A stretch of 64,000 bases of DNA from Eledone cirrhosa (lineage: Eukaryota). The notes under the pieces were generated by a model, which ran no database searches, was not told the DNA's origin, and saw only the letters and a list, made by a program, of their open reading frames with translations. The DNA is taken from contig OZ024741.1 of the NCBI GenBank assembly GCA_964016885.1, positions 393,638,001 through 393,702,000 on the forward strand. Reading direction: 5' to 3'. The position numbers and the translations under genes were made by a program. This document shows, piece by piece, positions 40,640 through 53,443 of this stretch; the first letter of the stretch is position 1, and each line of letters starts with the position of its first letter.

Positions 40640-40885
40640 TTGTTTCCTTGAGCAAGACACTTTATTTCACATTGCTCCAGTTTACATCAGAAATGAGATG
40701 TTAGGACTGGGGTCCCTATCATTCCACTGCAAAGTGGTCGTGGAGGTGCCACGGCAAAAAAGCACCCAGCCCTCACTGTAAATGAGGTTGGTGTTAGGAA
40801 GGGCATCCAGCTGTAGAAATCAAGCCAGAATCAGTTCCCGTCCCACCTTTGCAAGCAGGGAAAAGCAGACGTAAAATGATGATGA

Positions 40886-40890
<5 letters not shown>
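40640..40890 (+). mobile_element. CORE-type SINE with RTE-derived 3' tail
   Basis: CCTTGAGCAAGACACTT core, followed by the RTE 3' UTR motif (GGAAGGGCATCCAGCTGTAG...GACGTAAAATGATGATG). Confidence 0.75.
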
Positions 40891-40922
<32 letters not shown>

Positions 40923-42199
40923 CATGTGTGTGTGCATGTGTGTGTTTGTATAAGCATGGAGTTAAAATCAATACATTCAAAGTACATGTAATACATGCAG
41001 TATTATTGTCCAACTGAATTATCAGACTTTCATTAATGGTCCACTTTGCATTTCGTACCTTGTAAGAATAATGAAATAAGTACCAGACAAGCTCCAGTAT
41101 GACCATAAGCCAATGGCTTAAATGAGTAAAAGATGAATGTAGTTTGGGAGTTTGGACCAAGATAAGTGAACTTTCCTAATCATGAGGAAACAAAAGTAAC
41201 CATTCAGTGACTTGTTTGTCAATAGCTGAAATATCTCTCCTCTGATGAGAAATGTTATAACTAACTTGGGATTAATGAGAAATAATCTTGTGTGTGTGTG
41301 TAACAAATAACACGTAACCAGGGAATACTACACCAGAATGAAAATAAATATGGTAATCGAAGCTCTCTGCATAGTATAAATCAATAGCCTACAATGTATG
41401 TACTGATATAGTACTAATACCAACATTCAGGCTACTTGGCTGGATACTATACTAGATGAGATCCAAGACATACACATAAAAAACCGGAAACTATTGATTC
41501 TATTGACTACTGCAAGAAATGAGGGTGGAGCAGGAAAGAAACATCAAGTAAGTGTTTCATAAAGCTACTGAAGAGCTCAATAAAGTTGTGAAATATTTTC
41601 TGCATAACAGTAGACAGTTATTCATAGTTATTCAGTCATATGTCATATCTCTCACACACAATGTATACAAACACGTGAAAATGTACTAAAAGGTTTTAGT
41701 GCCAAGCTAACACTAGCAACTAAATGCAGATTTAATTTTGTTATTGAATATCGATGTTGCTCACACACACATATATATATATTTACATATAAGTGACGGA
41801 CCTCTGAACAATTTCTGCTCACAAATTATTAATTAGCCTGAAATTATAGTAGAAGATACTCGTTCAATGTGATCAAACTCAAGAATGTGGTTGCCAAGCA
41901 AATATCTTGATCATGCATTATAAAGTTAACCACTGCACACAAATGCATGTGATATTTAGGCTATGCAAGTCCTTAAAAAAACAATTGCACCAAATACAGC
42001 AGATAAGTCTAGCAACAAAATAATGTGAGCATAGATTATTTATATAGTATATCATTGTACAGTCTAAGCTGTCTCTAGTACTGTAGTTGTGTTTGGAGAA
42101 GTAAGTTATGTGGTATTTAAAACAGTTAAGTAGCTGTCTTTTTATGATTATGCTCTCAAAGGAATCAGAAGGGATTAGCTGGCAGATAATGAAAATGGC

Positions 42200-45100
42200 C
42201 ACCAGATATGATGGCTAGTTGCGATATAAGTGGGCAACTGCCAGACGAATATGCAGCCCAAGACCAACAGCAATAAACTACTAGGGATGATGGAACAATG
42301 GGTGAAACCTGTAGCTCCCTAGAAAACTCTCACAACCAAGTGATGTAGCTATGATGAGGCAAGTAAAGGTTATCTTTAAATAAGCCTAGCCTTCGCAAGT
42401 GTGACAAAGTACCTGATTGGTGACTGGTGCAAATAAACCACTGAAACTGTAACTGCAATATGATGAGGAAAAGAGGAAAACAGAGAAAAACCATACTGCA
42501 CCGTCCTTCATGCGGGTTAACAAGGGACGTGCCTAGGCCTTAGATAGGGGAAGCCTATTCACAAAATATATTGTAGTCTCCATTTAATACCGCAAATACT
42601 GGCGATGGACCTGTAACCTGTCCTGAGAGGTGTGGGATGGATGCACAAAGGTTGCATATCCCCAGACCCCAAAAAGGGTCCAGAAAGAAACAAACCGTAA
42701 CAGTTGGAACCTGGAACATCACAACCCTTACAAGTAAGGAGCAGGAACTAGTGGAGGAGACCTAATGCTATCAGCTAGATATAGTCGGATTTTCATCAAC
42801 AAAATTTGGTGGCTCTGACACTGTAGATTTGAAGGAAGGATGGAAACTCTACTATTCAGGTGCAGCACCAGAAATAACTGCACAGGCAGGAGTGGGGATA
42901 CTCACAAGATCTTAGCTGTCAGAATGTGTTATGGACTTTAGGAGGGAGGATTTGTCTCTTGAAGCTTAGGCTGAAAGATAGATCTCTATAGGTGGTGCAA
43001 GTTTCTGCACCAAACAAGGAGTTCGAATACAGATCCTTCTTTGATGAAGTCACTGCAGCGTTAGATGTAGTTAAAACTGAGTCATATATATACTGATGGG
43101 AGACTTCAATGTACATGTTGGCACTGACGATCTGACATGGAAAGGAGTGATTGGAAGGAATGGTGACTCCGATCTAAATACGCATGGAGAGGCCTTGCTA
43201 GACTTCTTGTCTAGCAATAGACTCTCTTATATGAACCCCTTCTTCCAACATAGAGACATCCATAAATATACATGGTTTAAGGGGAATCAGGGACAGAAAT
43301 CAATAATTGATTTTGTAACTATCTCAGATCTCTTTGATTCTGTGCTGGATGTACGTGTTAAGAGAGGTCCTGGGCTGTCAACTGATCACCATCTAGTTAT
43401 CTGCAACTTGAGACTACCTAAAGCCAAAGAAGCCCACAAAACTGGCAGGTCCAGGGTGACCTACAGGATAAAATGGGAAGCATTGGTGGATAAGGAAGTC
43501 AGGACCAGGTATGAAGGTATTATTGCATCCAAATTCAGAGAACTCTTTGAGCAAACTGAGGACATTGTAATGGAGTGGAGATTGTTCAGTGCAACAGTTT
43601 CTGCTTCAGGTGTTAAATGGTATGGGTGAAAGTAGCTTGGTGTGGCGCCAAATGGCAGGAAGGAGGCTTACAAAGCTTGGCTTGGAAATAAATCCTCCTT
43701 CTTGCACTTGTGGTACAAGCAGGCACAAAAAATTGCAGCAGAGACATTAAAACCATCCAAAGTTAAGATACAGTAGGACTTTAAGGTTAATCTGGAATCT
43801 GACATCAGATCAGCAAATAAAGTGTTCTGGCAGACCATCCACTGACTTCATAATAATAAGCCCTCCTCCACATCTGCTATCAAGAACGCGTCTAGGATTC
43901 TCTTCTTTTCAGAGAGGTGCATCCTCGTGAGGTGGAGAGAATACTTTGCTGATCTCCTAAACCTGATCACAACAGCATCTTTGGATGTACACAAGGAGCA
44001 TCTGGGAGTGGTGACTAATCTCTCAGAGGTTGAGGTTGCAAGAGCAGTTAAAGAGCTCAAATGTGGCAAAGCTGCTGAGGAAGACAAAATCCAGCCAGAG
44101 ATGTTAAAAGCCTTAAATAGAGTAGATATTCTCTGGCTGACTCGTGTGTGCTGGGTGGCCTGGATCTCCAGAAGAGCACATTCAAAAAGGGAGATGAGAG
44201 ATTGTTCCAATTACAGAGGGATCTCCTTGTTAAACCTCCTCAGTAAAGTCTATGCTAAGTGTCTGGCAAAGAGATGCAGGGAGATTGTTGAGTCCAAGCT
44301 AGCTGATGAACAGTGTGGTTTTCACCCTGGATGCAGTACAGCCAACCAAATATTCACACCGCAACAGGTATTCGAGAAATTGTGGGAGTATTGCCAAGAA
44401 GTATATTCTTGTTTTGTCGACATATGATCGTGTTCCATGGGACCTGCTGTAGGAAGGCTTGCAGGAGTATGCAGCTGAGGGTCAACTTCTTGCTGCCTTG
44501 ATGTCTCTCTATGAATGCCCAAGTATTTGTGTTCAGATAAATGTGCTATCAAAACCATTCAATGTGGGAGTTGGTCTCTGCCAAGGGTGTGTACTGTCAC
44601 CTCTCTTGTTCATTATTTACAAGAATAGGATTGACTTTTGCAGCCGGGTTGGAAGTGATATCATGACTGGCAAGTGCAAAATCAGTTGGCTGGAATTTGC
44701 AGACAACATGGTGTTACTTAACTCGACAGAAGGTGATCTCCAGCTTGCACTTGATAGCTTTGATGCTGAGTGCTGCATGGCTGGAATGAAAATCAGTGCT
44801 GCGAAAACTGAGACACTTGTCCTTTCAAGGAAGCCTGCGCAATGCATTTTACATGTGAATGGAGTTTCACTGAAGCAGATGGAGAAGTTTAAATATCTCA
44901 GGGCCGTGTCCATGAGTGATGGAAGGCAGGGGGCTGAATTAAATGTAAGAATTACAAAAGCTGATGCATTAATGCGTCAGCTTCAGCATTCAGCAATCAG
45001 AAGAAGGGAGCTAGGCATAAAAGCCAAACTTGCTATCTTCAATTCGGTTTTCCTGCAAACACTTACCTATGATCATGAATTTTGGGTAATGAATCAAAGA

Positions 45101-45510
45101 ATATGATCGCAAATACGAGCGGCCGAAATGGGATTCCTCTGAAGGGACTTTGGAGTAACATTACTCGATAAAGAGCATAGCTCAGAGATCAGAGAGTCAC
45201 TCCAGGCTGAGCTGCTACCTCTCTGAATTGAGAGATCACAGCTCTGATTCTATGGGATGTGGTTAGAATGTCTCAGGAAAGAATCCTTGGACAGATTTTA
45301 TGGGTAAAACAAACAAGCAAGAGACCCCAGGGTAGACCTTGAACAAGATAGTTGGATAACATCTATGAGCTTGGCTGGTCTCACTTGGAGATCCAGCTGA
45401 ATCAGTTGGAGATGATTGCTTCTGACAGGACTGGCTTGAGGGAGTGTTTGAGGACTCTGCCTCCACGACTCTCTCAGGAAGTGGGCAAAGAAGAAGAAGG
45501 CATTCACCAT
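42200..45510 (+). mobile_element. Near full-length decayed RTE LINE (APE + RT)
   Basis: VGTWNITTL; MGDFNVHVG; STDHHLV; NYRGISLL; GLCQGCVLSPLLF; FADNMVL; FKYL; (GAA)n tail at ~45490. Multiple stops. The 5' boundary is approximate. Confidence 0.9.
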
Positions 45511-46234
45511 TTTGAGACAAGGTTTTATGAATAACCCATTCAAATATATTCACTGAACCAGATGTTTATATCATTTTTATAAGAATGAAAGACAACTACA
45601 AGAAAAGATTTGTGGATATTTACATTAGAAATATTTTTTGTGAAAGTAGTGCATATATTTTGTTGTTTACCCCTAGGTCATCCATTATCAAGAAGACTTA
45701 TGGTGTAAAGTCTTTCATTTGTGAACATTCTATCTTTTCATATTTCTCTATATCAGGGATTTCATTTTTTAATCGTAACTTTTATTTATGATGGCAATAT
45801 GTGATTTGAGAGAGATTTTTTTGCTATTTCTAGCAGATCAAGCAACCATGTATAAGCTCTCTTATTAGCATGTATGTGTTTAGAGTTTTGGTAATTTATG
45901 TTGACGGAAAAGGTTCATGAATAATTATTCAATGATCATTGTACAGAGTGGCATTCACATTGATTTCCATGTATTGATTATTCAATAATCATCTAGCTAC
46001 CTTTAACACATAAACTAAGTGTCAATATGGAATTAGTGCATGTGTCTGCATTGACACTGATTTTTCTATTCTTGTATATAATTCCTTTAAATTAGATTGT
46101 AAATAATTGAATAATTGAGTGAGCAACAGTAGGGAGATTTTTAATAATCAAATTAAAAATCTTATAACTGCAACAACTATTTCTATTTTTACAACCAAAA
46201 ATGTATCTGATTAGATATGATCTATCTGTTTATC

Positions 46235-46955
46235 ATAAATGTAATCTGAGTTTTTCGAATATTAATAATAACATTCGATTCGTTTGCAATTATGCAAACA
46301 AGCCTCAATTTTATTGCAATCAAATTGAATGTTATTACTGTTATATTCACGTGCCAACACAAGAGTAAGAATGAAGGGTTCATTCTACTGACATGGCTTT
46401 AAAAATGAGGCTTGTTTGCATAATTGCAAACGAATCGAATGTTATTATTAATATTCGAAAAGCTCAGATTACATTTATTGTATTCAGCCATGTAGAGCGA
46501 AATTTTCTTTTTTATTTGAATATGGCAAACCCGGCCATTTATCACTCGTATACAGGAAACTGACTGGCCAGTCTGCTGATATGCAAATCTGGCTGATCAG
46601 TGGATCTGCTAATATGCAGATCTGACTGATTAGCCAGTCTGCTAATATGCAAATCAGGTCAATCAGTCACTGTGTATTTTTGAAAATAGCATATATTTTC
46701 ACTAGCTCTGACAGTTTGGCAGGTGAACAGTGAGCTGTACTGATGAAGGGTGATACCCAGAAACATGAGTGTCTGCAGTTCTGTTTGCATACCAACGCAA
46801 GAGCAAGAATGAAGGGTTCATTCTACTGACATGGCTATAAAATTGAGGTTTGTTTGCATAATTGCAAACGAATTGAATGTTATTATTAATATTCAAAATT
46901 CTCAGATTACATTTATTGTATTCAGCCATGTAGAGCGAAAATTTTCTTTTTTATC
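46235..46955 (+). mobile_element. ORF-less direct-plus-inverted repeat element containing a hammerhead (retrozyme/PLE-like)
   Basis: ~160-bp direct repeats at 46354 and 46792 (438 bp apart), an inverted partial copy at 46235-46312, and an HHR at 46726-46785. Confidence 0.7.
46726..46785 (+). ncRNA. Type I hammerhead ribozyme motif
   Basis: AACAG-TG-AGCTGTA CTGATGA A-GGGT(GAT)ACCC-A GAAA CA(TGAG)TG TC TGCAGTT-CTGTT; GUC site; bulged extended stem I. Confidence 0.8.
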
Positions 46956-47959
46956 TGTTTATCCATTTATCTATCCATGTGGCTATCTTTCCATCTATCT
47001 CTTTCTACATCTATCTACTTAAATGAACAATAAAACGTAAATCATATTCCAAGTTTGACAGTCATCTTTTTCATTTCATGCCTTTTCTTACAGTGTTTTT
47101 ACTTTATTTCCTTTTTTATTTTTTGTTTACTAAACATTGCCTTTAACAGCATGCAACTGCAACGATTACAAGAGTCAAAATATAGAATATTATATGCTTA
47201 AAAGTTCCAGTTATTGATCATAACACTAGGCATAACTTATAAATGTGTAAAAGAAATTGTGTAGTTGACTAAATCGATATAAGTGCATGTCTAATAACAT
47301 TTTGCTGATCATCAACAACTAAATACCATAATACAGTGACAGATTAGGTTAGTACAGGGTTGGTCTCATTTACTGTAAAGAAGCCCTAAATTAAAAACAA
47401 AATGTTGCATAAAGGTTAAAGGCAGTATAAAGCACTAAGTATAAGGCCCTTGAAAATTCAAGTCCCATAAAAAATGTTAATATTGCTACTAAGTTAATCT
47501 GGTACTGGTAAGATAGTTATTCTGGTATTCACTTGTTCCTGCCACTCAACCACCTTCAGCTGTAAAAAATATGAACTATTTCTAACATTGGCACAAGGCC
47601 ATAATTCTTTTATGGATGAGTTGTTACTTGTTACTTGTTTTATTGACTCACCAAGAATAAAAGGTAATGTCTACCACAGATGGAATTGAATTTAGAAATA
47701 ATACAATGTAAATGATTACCAAAAGACATTTTATCCAACACTCTATCGATTCCTCAGCCTACCACTCTTTAAAGTAGTATGAAACTCACTTGTGGTACTC
47801 AAACCACTTTACCAATTACAGGGAAATATAATTTCAGTAGCAAACATAACTGAATTTAGCATTATAAAGAAAAACTATGACCAAGATTTTTAAAACATCA
47901 ACATTAAAGGATGATGATGTTCAAAGACAGTAAATACTAGTAGCTAAAGATAACTGCTT

Positions 47960-48465
47960 GATAATAAATTGGGAATACCACTTCTGTTCTTCTCTCCTAT
48001 TTTGTAATCTCATAGGTTTCAAGTAGGATTTCTCTCAATTTTTTTGTCAGCTGAAGGTTTTTACATCTTTCATGTCTTCCTTCTCCAGTGGCTTTTATCT
48101 CTTGGTTTATGTAGCCCTTACAGGTCTCTGACAAGTAATCTATTTTGGGAGATACATTCTTACACGGAGAAGGACTTAGCATTTATGACCAGTCACCTAT
48201 CTTGTTTCTTGGTGAGAATGAAGTCAATGTGGCTTACATGCTCCTCTGATTGGTAGATAATCAAGTGACTGGTTGGCTGGTTCCCTGAAGTTTGTGTTTC
48301 AGATGGTTAAATCAAGAGTATCCCAGCACTTCAGAAGTCTTGACACACCCAACTAATTTCTTGTACCATACCCATATACTCTATGTATTCCAGGGAAGCC
48401 GTCACAATGTTTCCAAACATAGTCATTGAAGTCACTAGCCGTAATAATGGTGTGGTTCTTCAGCT
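47960..48465 (-). mobile_element. RTE APE endonuclease fragment
   Basis: Minus-strand ASDFNDYV...GIHRVYGYGTRN...HIDFILTK, with stops. Confidence 0.75.
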
Positions 48466-50279
48466 TGTTGAGTATATATAGATATTATATTAACTGTTGT
48501 ATTGCTCAAGGATAGCTTAAGCTTAATTCTCCTACTACTCACCTTGACTACCTTGATTACTTTATCTACCCACTTCTCTCTCTCTATAAGTATATATCTA
48601 TATATCTATATATTTATATAGAGAGGGTGGCAGTGAAAGGCCATAAACAAAGAGAACAAGTTGTTAGTATGCATTGTAAGCATCGTACATAAGCTTACTA
48701 ACTGGTTCTGCTTGTTTATGTCCCATAACTATATTTACTCTGTCTGTTTGTAGTTTGTCTATTTGTCTGTCTGACTCTCTCTCTCTCTCTCTCTGTATAC
48801 ACACGCAGACACACACACACATATATATACATATATACATATAATCCACAAACATAACTTTGCTAGAGTTTGGTGAAAAAAATATAAATATTACTTATTC
48901 CATTCGTAAAACAATGGTTGATGTACTATTGTAAATAAAACAAAAGTAGATGCTGTAATCATAAGTAGTTCAAGAGTATTAAAATAGGGAGATGGTAAAT
49001 TATGTACACAGAAGGCAAACAATCAATAACTACTGAATGCAAAGTAACTGATAAATATTTAAACTAGTCTCAATGAGTAACAATCAATATTTTTGTACAG
49101 CATACTTTCATTTTGAGGACTCTTCTTTTTCTTTGAAAATTATAATTATCTCTATACTTTCTTGAGAAAATTTAAATATTACTAATTCATGCAATGTTTT
49201 ATTTTACTAACAAAATTTAATATTTCGATAATATTTCCATAATTTGCTCAATAGTAATACAGTGTTTGCAATAGAGAAGCCACTATGGGGTCATTCGACC
49301 TGCTATAATCTTCTTCAAATCCCACCCGACCAAAAAGGGATGCAATGGATGTGTTTCTAAATATACTGTCTGAAAATAATACTAAATTACCTCCCTTAAT
49401 TTTCCTTTAAGGCTCTTTATATCTAGAACACTCCTCCCTGTATATTTTTTACTCTTTCATCTCTTTTGGTAGCCTTTCTCGTTTGAAGAAAAAGAGCTCT
49501 ACTATAACAAGGCAGAGTCAATATAGATTGAAGATCTGAGTCCTGTTTCAGTAAAAATTTGAAACAAACAGCCAGAGAAACAATTGTAGCTAAATAGCAC
49601 CATAGAGTAATAAATCTCTATCTCTCTATCGTTACCCCCCCCCCCCCCCCCCCTCTACACACACATATATATAGACCAGACTAACTAATTTGAATTTCAA
49701 CGAATTTAATTTCTTTGAATTATTAACTAATTTCAATTTCAAGGAATTTGATTTCCTTGAATTACTAACTTAGCACAAGTTCCCTAACCATGTGATAGTT
49801 ACCTCCCTTTACACTATCTAAAAGTTTTGTTTATCTATAGCTAATTTCGAAATTACCTGCCCTTGCGTATTTTCTAAAACCCTCCAATCAACCAATGAAG
49901 ATAACCCTTTTCTTTTTATATTACAGGCTGAATAGGTTGGGGTGTATAACCCTGTATATGTCTCTGTCAGAGGTGTATCTAGGGCATGGAAAGCATGGCG
50001 CATGCCATGGATGCCACTTGAAAGGGGGGGGGGGGGCTACCTGGACTAGGAGCACTTTCTATTAACCTCAGATAAGCTATTGTTAGAGAGTGAAAAGAGA
50101 AACTTCTTCAGATGTATGATCTGTCTTTGATTATCATGGGTGAGAAATACTATGGTGGCTGGATCATTAAACCATTTATATAAATTATTAAGCCTCCATA
50201 GGTAAAAATACAGTGCTGGGAACTACATGATCACAGACGCATACCCCATACTATGACTTGTTAGTTATTTTAATAGGGT

Positions 50280-50757
50280 TTTAATATTTGTCACAGATCA
50301 ATATTACACAGATCACTCCCTTTAATATTTGTCACAGATCAGTATTACACAGATCACTCCCTTTAATATTTATCACAGATCAGTATTACACAGATCACTC
50401 CCTTTAATATTTGTCAAAGATCAGTATTACACAGATCACTCCCTTTAATATTTGTCAAAGATCAGTATTACACAGACCAGTCCATTTAATATTTGTCACA
50501 GATCAGTCACGGATCAGTATTACACAGATCACTCCTTTTAATATTTGTCAAAGATCAGTCATGGATCAGTATTACACAGATCACTCCCTTTAATATTTGT
50601 CACAGATCAGTATTACACAGATCACTCCCTTTAATATTTGTCACAGATCAGTATTACACAGATCACTCCCTTTAATATTTGTCACAGATCAGTATTACAC
50701 AGATCACTCCCTTTAATATTTGTCACAGATCAGTATTACACAGATCACTCCCTTTAA
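50280..50757 (+). repeat. 41-bp minisatellite, ~11 copies
   Basis: TTTAATATTTGTCACAGATCAGTATTACACAGATCACTCCC repeated; two units carry a ~10-bp duplication. Confidence 0.95.
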
Positions 50758-51056
50758 ATACATTAACACTTTTGCCAATACTTTACATATACTTGAGCAT
50801 AAAGGATACCAGTAAAACAAATGAAAATGCAGTTTAATACCTTAAACCCTCATTTATTTAAACTACGCTGCCAATCCCATTGTCTAATGACTACTATATA
50901 GCTGATTGGGTATGGGGCCCAATTTCAATGTTTACCACAGGCGCTATTTTCCCTTGTTACACCTCTGGTCACTGGTAACTAATTATGCTTAATTCATCCT
51001 ATGGACTGAGTGCCCTTACCCTTGCATATTTCTACCTAACTTACTTATACTATAGT

Positions 51057-51135
<79 letters not shown>

Positions 51136-51699
51136 GAGAGAGAGAGATGTGTAAAATCCCAACCGTGGCACCAAATGGTTTCGGCTTGTGTTCAGCAAGC
51201 CAAGGTAAAACCTTACTGAACACACAAGCTGAAACTACTTGGCGTTGCGGTCGGGATTTTACAAATCTCTGTACCCACTACCCAGGTACCAAGTACTCAC
51301 ATGATTAGTTGTTTCCTTGATTTCAGGACCGCAGACTCTCCCTATATATATATAGTTCAAGGAGACAACAACCAGAGGTAAAGTCTTATTAGTTTCACCC
51401 TTTATTTGGAAAAGAGGAAAGAAAGTTTGACGTGTTGGGCTTAAGCCCTTCTTCAGAGACAGGATCACAATGGAGAAACAGAAAAAAGATGTCTGAGTAA
51501 AGAAAAAAAATCGAAAATGAAGAGTAAAAACAAGACAAATTATTAGGTAATCTTGGTAACGAGCTGGAATGCAAAGTGGAGTGTGTGTGTATTAGTGACG
51601 ATATTATGTGTAAGTGTAAGTGTATGTTTAAACGTGTGTTATTTTTAAAGGTATATTGTGTAAAGTATCAAAGATAGTGTGTATATATCCATGTGGTAG

Positions 51700-52060
51700 T
51701 GGTAGTAGGCATGTATGTGTGAGCGAATGTAAGTTTGAATGTATGTACTGTATATGTGCGTTGAAGTAATTGTGTGTGTGTGTGTAAAGTATCTGGCAGT
51801 GTTAGCGTATGTCGGTGAAATGTATGGATTTGTGTGTGAGTGTATGATTACATTTTAACATGTGTATGTTGAAGTTTATATTGTGTACATGTAAAGTATC
51901 GATCGATTGGTTATTGATTAGGCGATACCCACTGATGAAGCAGCATAAGCCGATTATGCATTGTTGCATAATATATGCAGACGGAGGGTGCAGTGCACCT
52001 TACTGCTGCATTAAGTATGGGCCGAAACTCGAGTCCGGGAACTATTATAGGCACCCGTTT
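51700..52060 (+). repeat. PLE pseudo-LTR-like repeat with expanded hammerhead fold (51928-52039)
   Basis: CCCA CTGATGA [85 nt] GAAA CTCGAG TC CGGG. A near-identical inverted copy lies at 58209-58550. Confidence 0.7.
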
Positions 52061-52600
52061 TACTCTACGACTCCTAACCTTGCACATAACATCACTGCTT
52101 CTAATTTAGCTAAATGTCCTAGTCGTAGGAACACGTGCAACCCTGTAGCTAGTACTAACTGTAATTGTAGGAATCGGGTTGACTGCCCCCTATCCGGAAA
52201 ATGCCTCTCTAGTAACATTGTCTATAAATGTAAGGTTGAGACACCCACGTACCGTAGGGCCTACATAGGGTTAACCGCCAATAGATTCAAGCAGCGTCTT
52301 TACATGCATACCCATTCTTTTCTTAACCCTTTAAGAAGGAATATGACGTCACTTTCAGCTTATATCTGGAGTCTAAAAGACAACCACACCCAATATAGGT
52401 TACACTGGGAGATCCTAGCTAAAGCTAGATCGTATAGTGGAAATAAAAGACCATGCGGCCTCTACGCCGCTAAATCCCTGGAAATACTCTACGCCAATGA
52501 CCACATCTTAAACAAAAAATCTGATGCAATTTCGGCTTGTAAACATAAATTGCACAAAACTTTCCTGTATTACAGCCCCACATTATACCCTAACGGATAG
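52060..52600 (+). mobile_element. Penelope-like GIY-YIG endonuclease 3' fragment (open frame)
   Basis: STTPNLA...CNCRNRVDCPLSGKCLSSNIVY...YIGLTANRFKQRLYMH...TSLSAYIWSLKD...CKH. Confidence 0.9.
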
Positions 52601-53443
52601 TACGAACTATGCGCGGGTAATTTACGTCTTGATGTGGTAGCTAAGTATATTTTATGTTTATACCATTACTTATTTGCATAGGTAAGTTTATATTACCTGT
52701 ATGTTTTGTGAAGGTACGTATACTTTCTCGTACGAATATTTGCTTGTATTTGTTATAGGCGTATATATTACATTATATATACTGGTACATGTGTATATGG
52801 TTATATGTATACGTGAGTTTTGCGTTTGCGTGTGTATGCCGGTTTGCACGTATGTAGGGTGTGTGTATATGTGTACTTTGGGTTTTGGTTGACGTACGTT
52901 TAGCGAACATATGTGTATTTACGTGTAGGTGTGTGTGTGCGTGCGTTATATACGTATTTATGTGTGTATATTTATATACGTTTATATAATTATATGTATA
53001 CGCGCACACACACACATACATGTATATATATTTTTTTATGTATGTTTTATGTGTATTTGGTGTATACGTTCGTATGTGTGCGGGTACAGGCGCTGCATGG
53101 ATTTTTGTATGTGTGCGCGTGTTTTTGTGTACGTGCCCATGGTGGGTGTTTTCGCGTATGCATGTGTATGTACGTATATGTATGCGTGCATGTATATATT
53201 TAATTATTGTTGATTTCAATAACCTCTGTAATTTATTTACATTATTCTGAACTCTGAAGCCGGGAATCATTGGGTTTCTTAAATAGAATTTTATTCTACG
53301 ACTTCAGTTATACCATAAATGTAATTTTGTCTTTGCGTGTAATTGTTCTCTCGCACCACATGATGACGTATTATCTTCGATTTTTCCGTTCATTACCAGG
53401 GAACGTCTCCACAAACCACCTAATAGAATATTAGTCTACGACT

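Noticed and set aside
41059-41225. Possible minus-strand host exon (TTTCAG ... AAG|GTACG)
   Set aside because: Splice-like ends are present, but all three frames contain stops and no partner exons were found. RNA-seq would be needed.
42200-42310. HDV-like or twister ribozyme at the RTE 5' end
   Set aside because: Expected from known RTE biology, but I could not draw the required pseudoknots from this decayed copy.
51424-51460. Functional hammerhead on the minus strand
   Set aside because: CTGAAGA and stem II are present, but GAAA reads AACA and stem I is mismatched. Counted only as a decayed relic.
51860-52600. 246-aa ORF as an intact stand-alone nuclease gene
   Set aside because: The N-terminal ~67 codons are read-through of the non-coding repeat, which continues differently in the 58.2-kb copy. 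The rest is a truncated Penelope GIY-YIG end.
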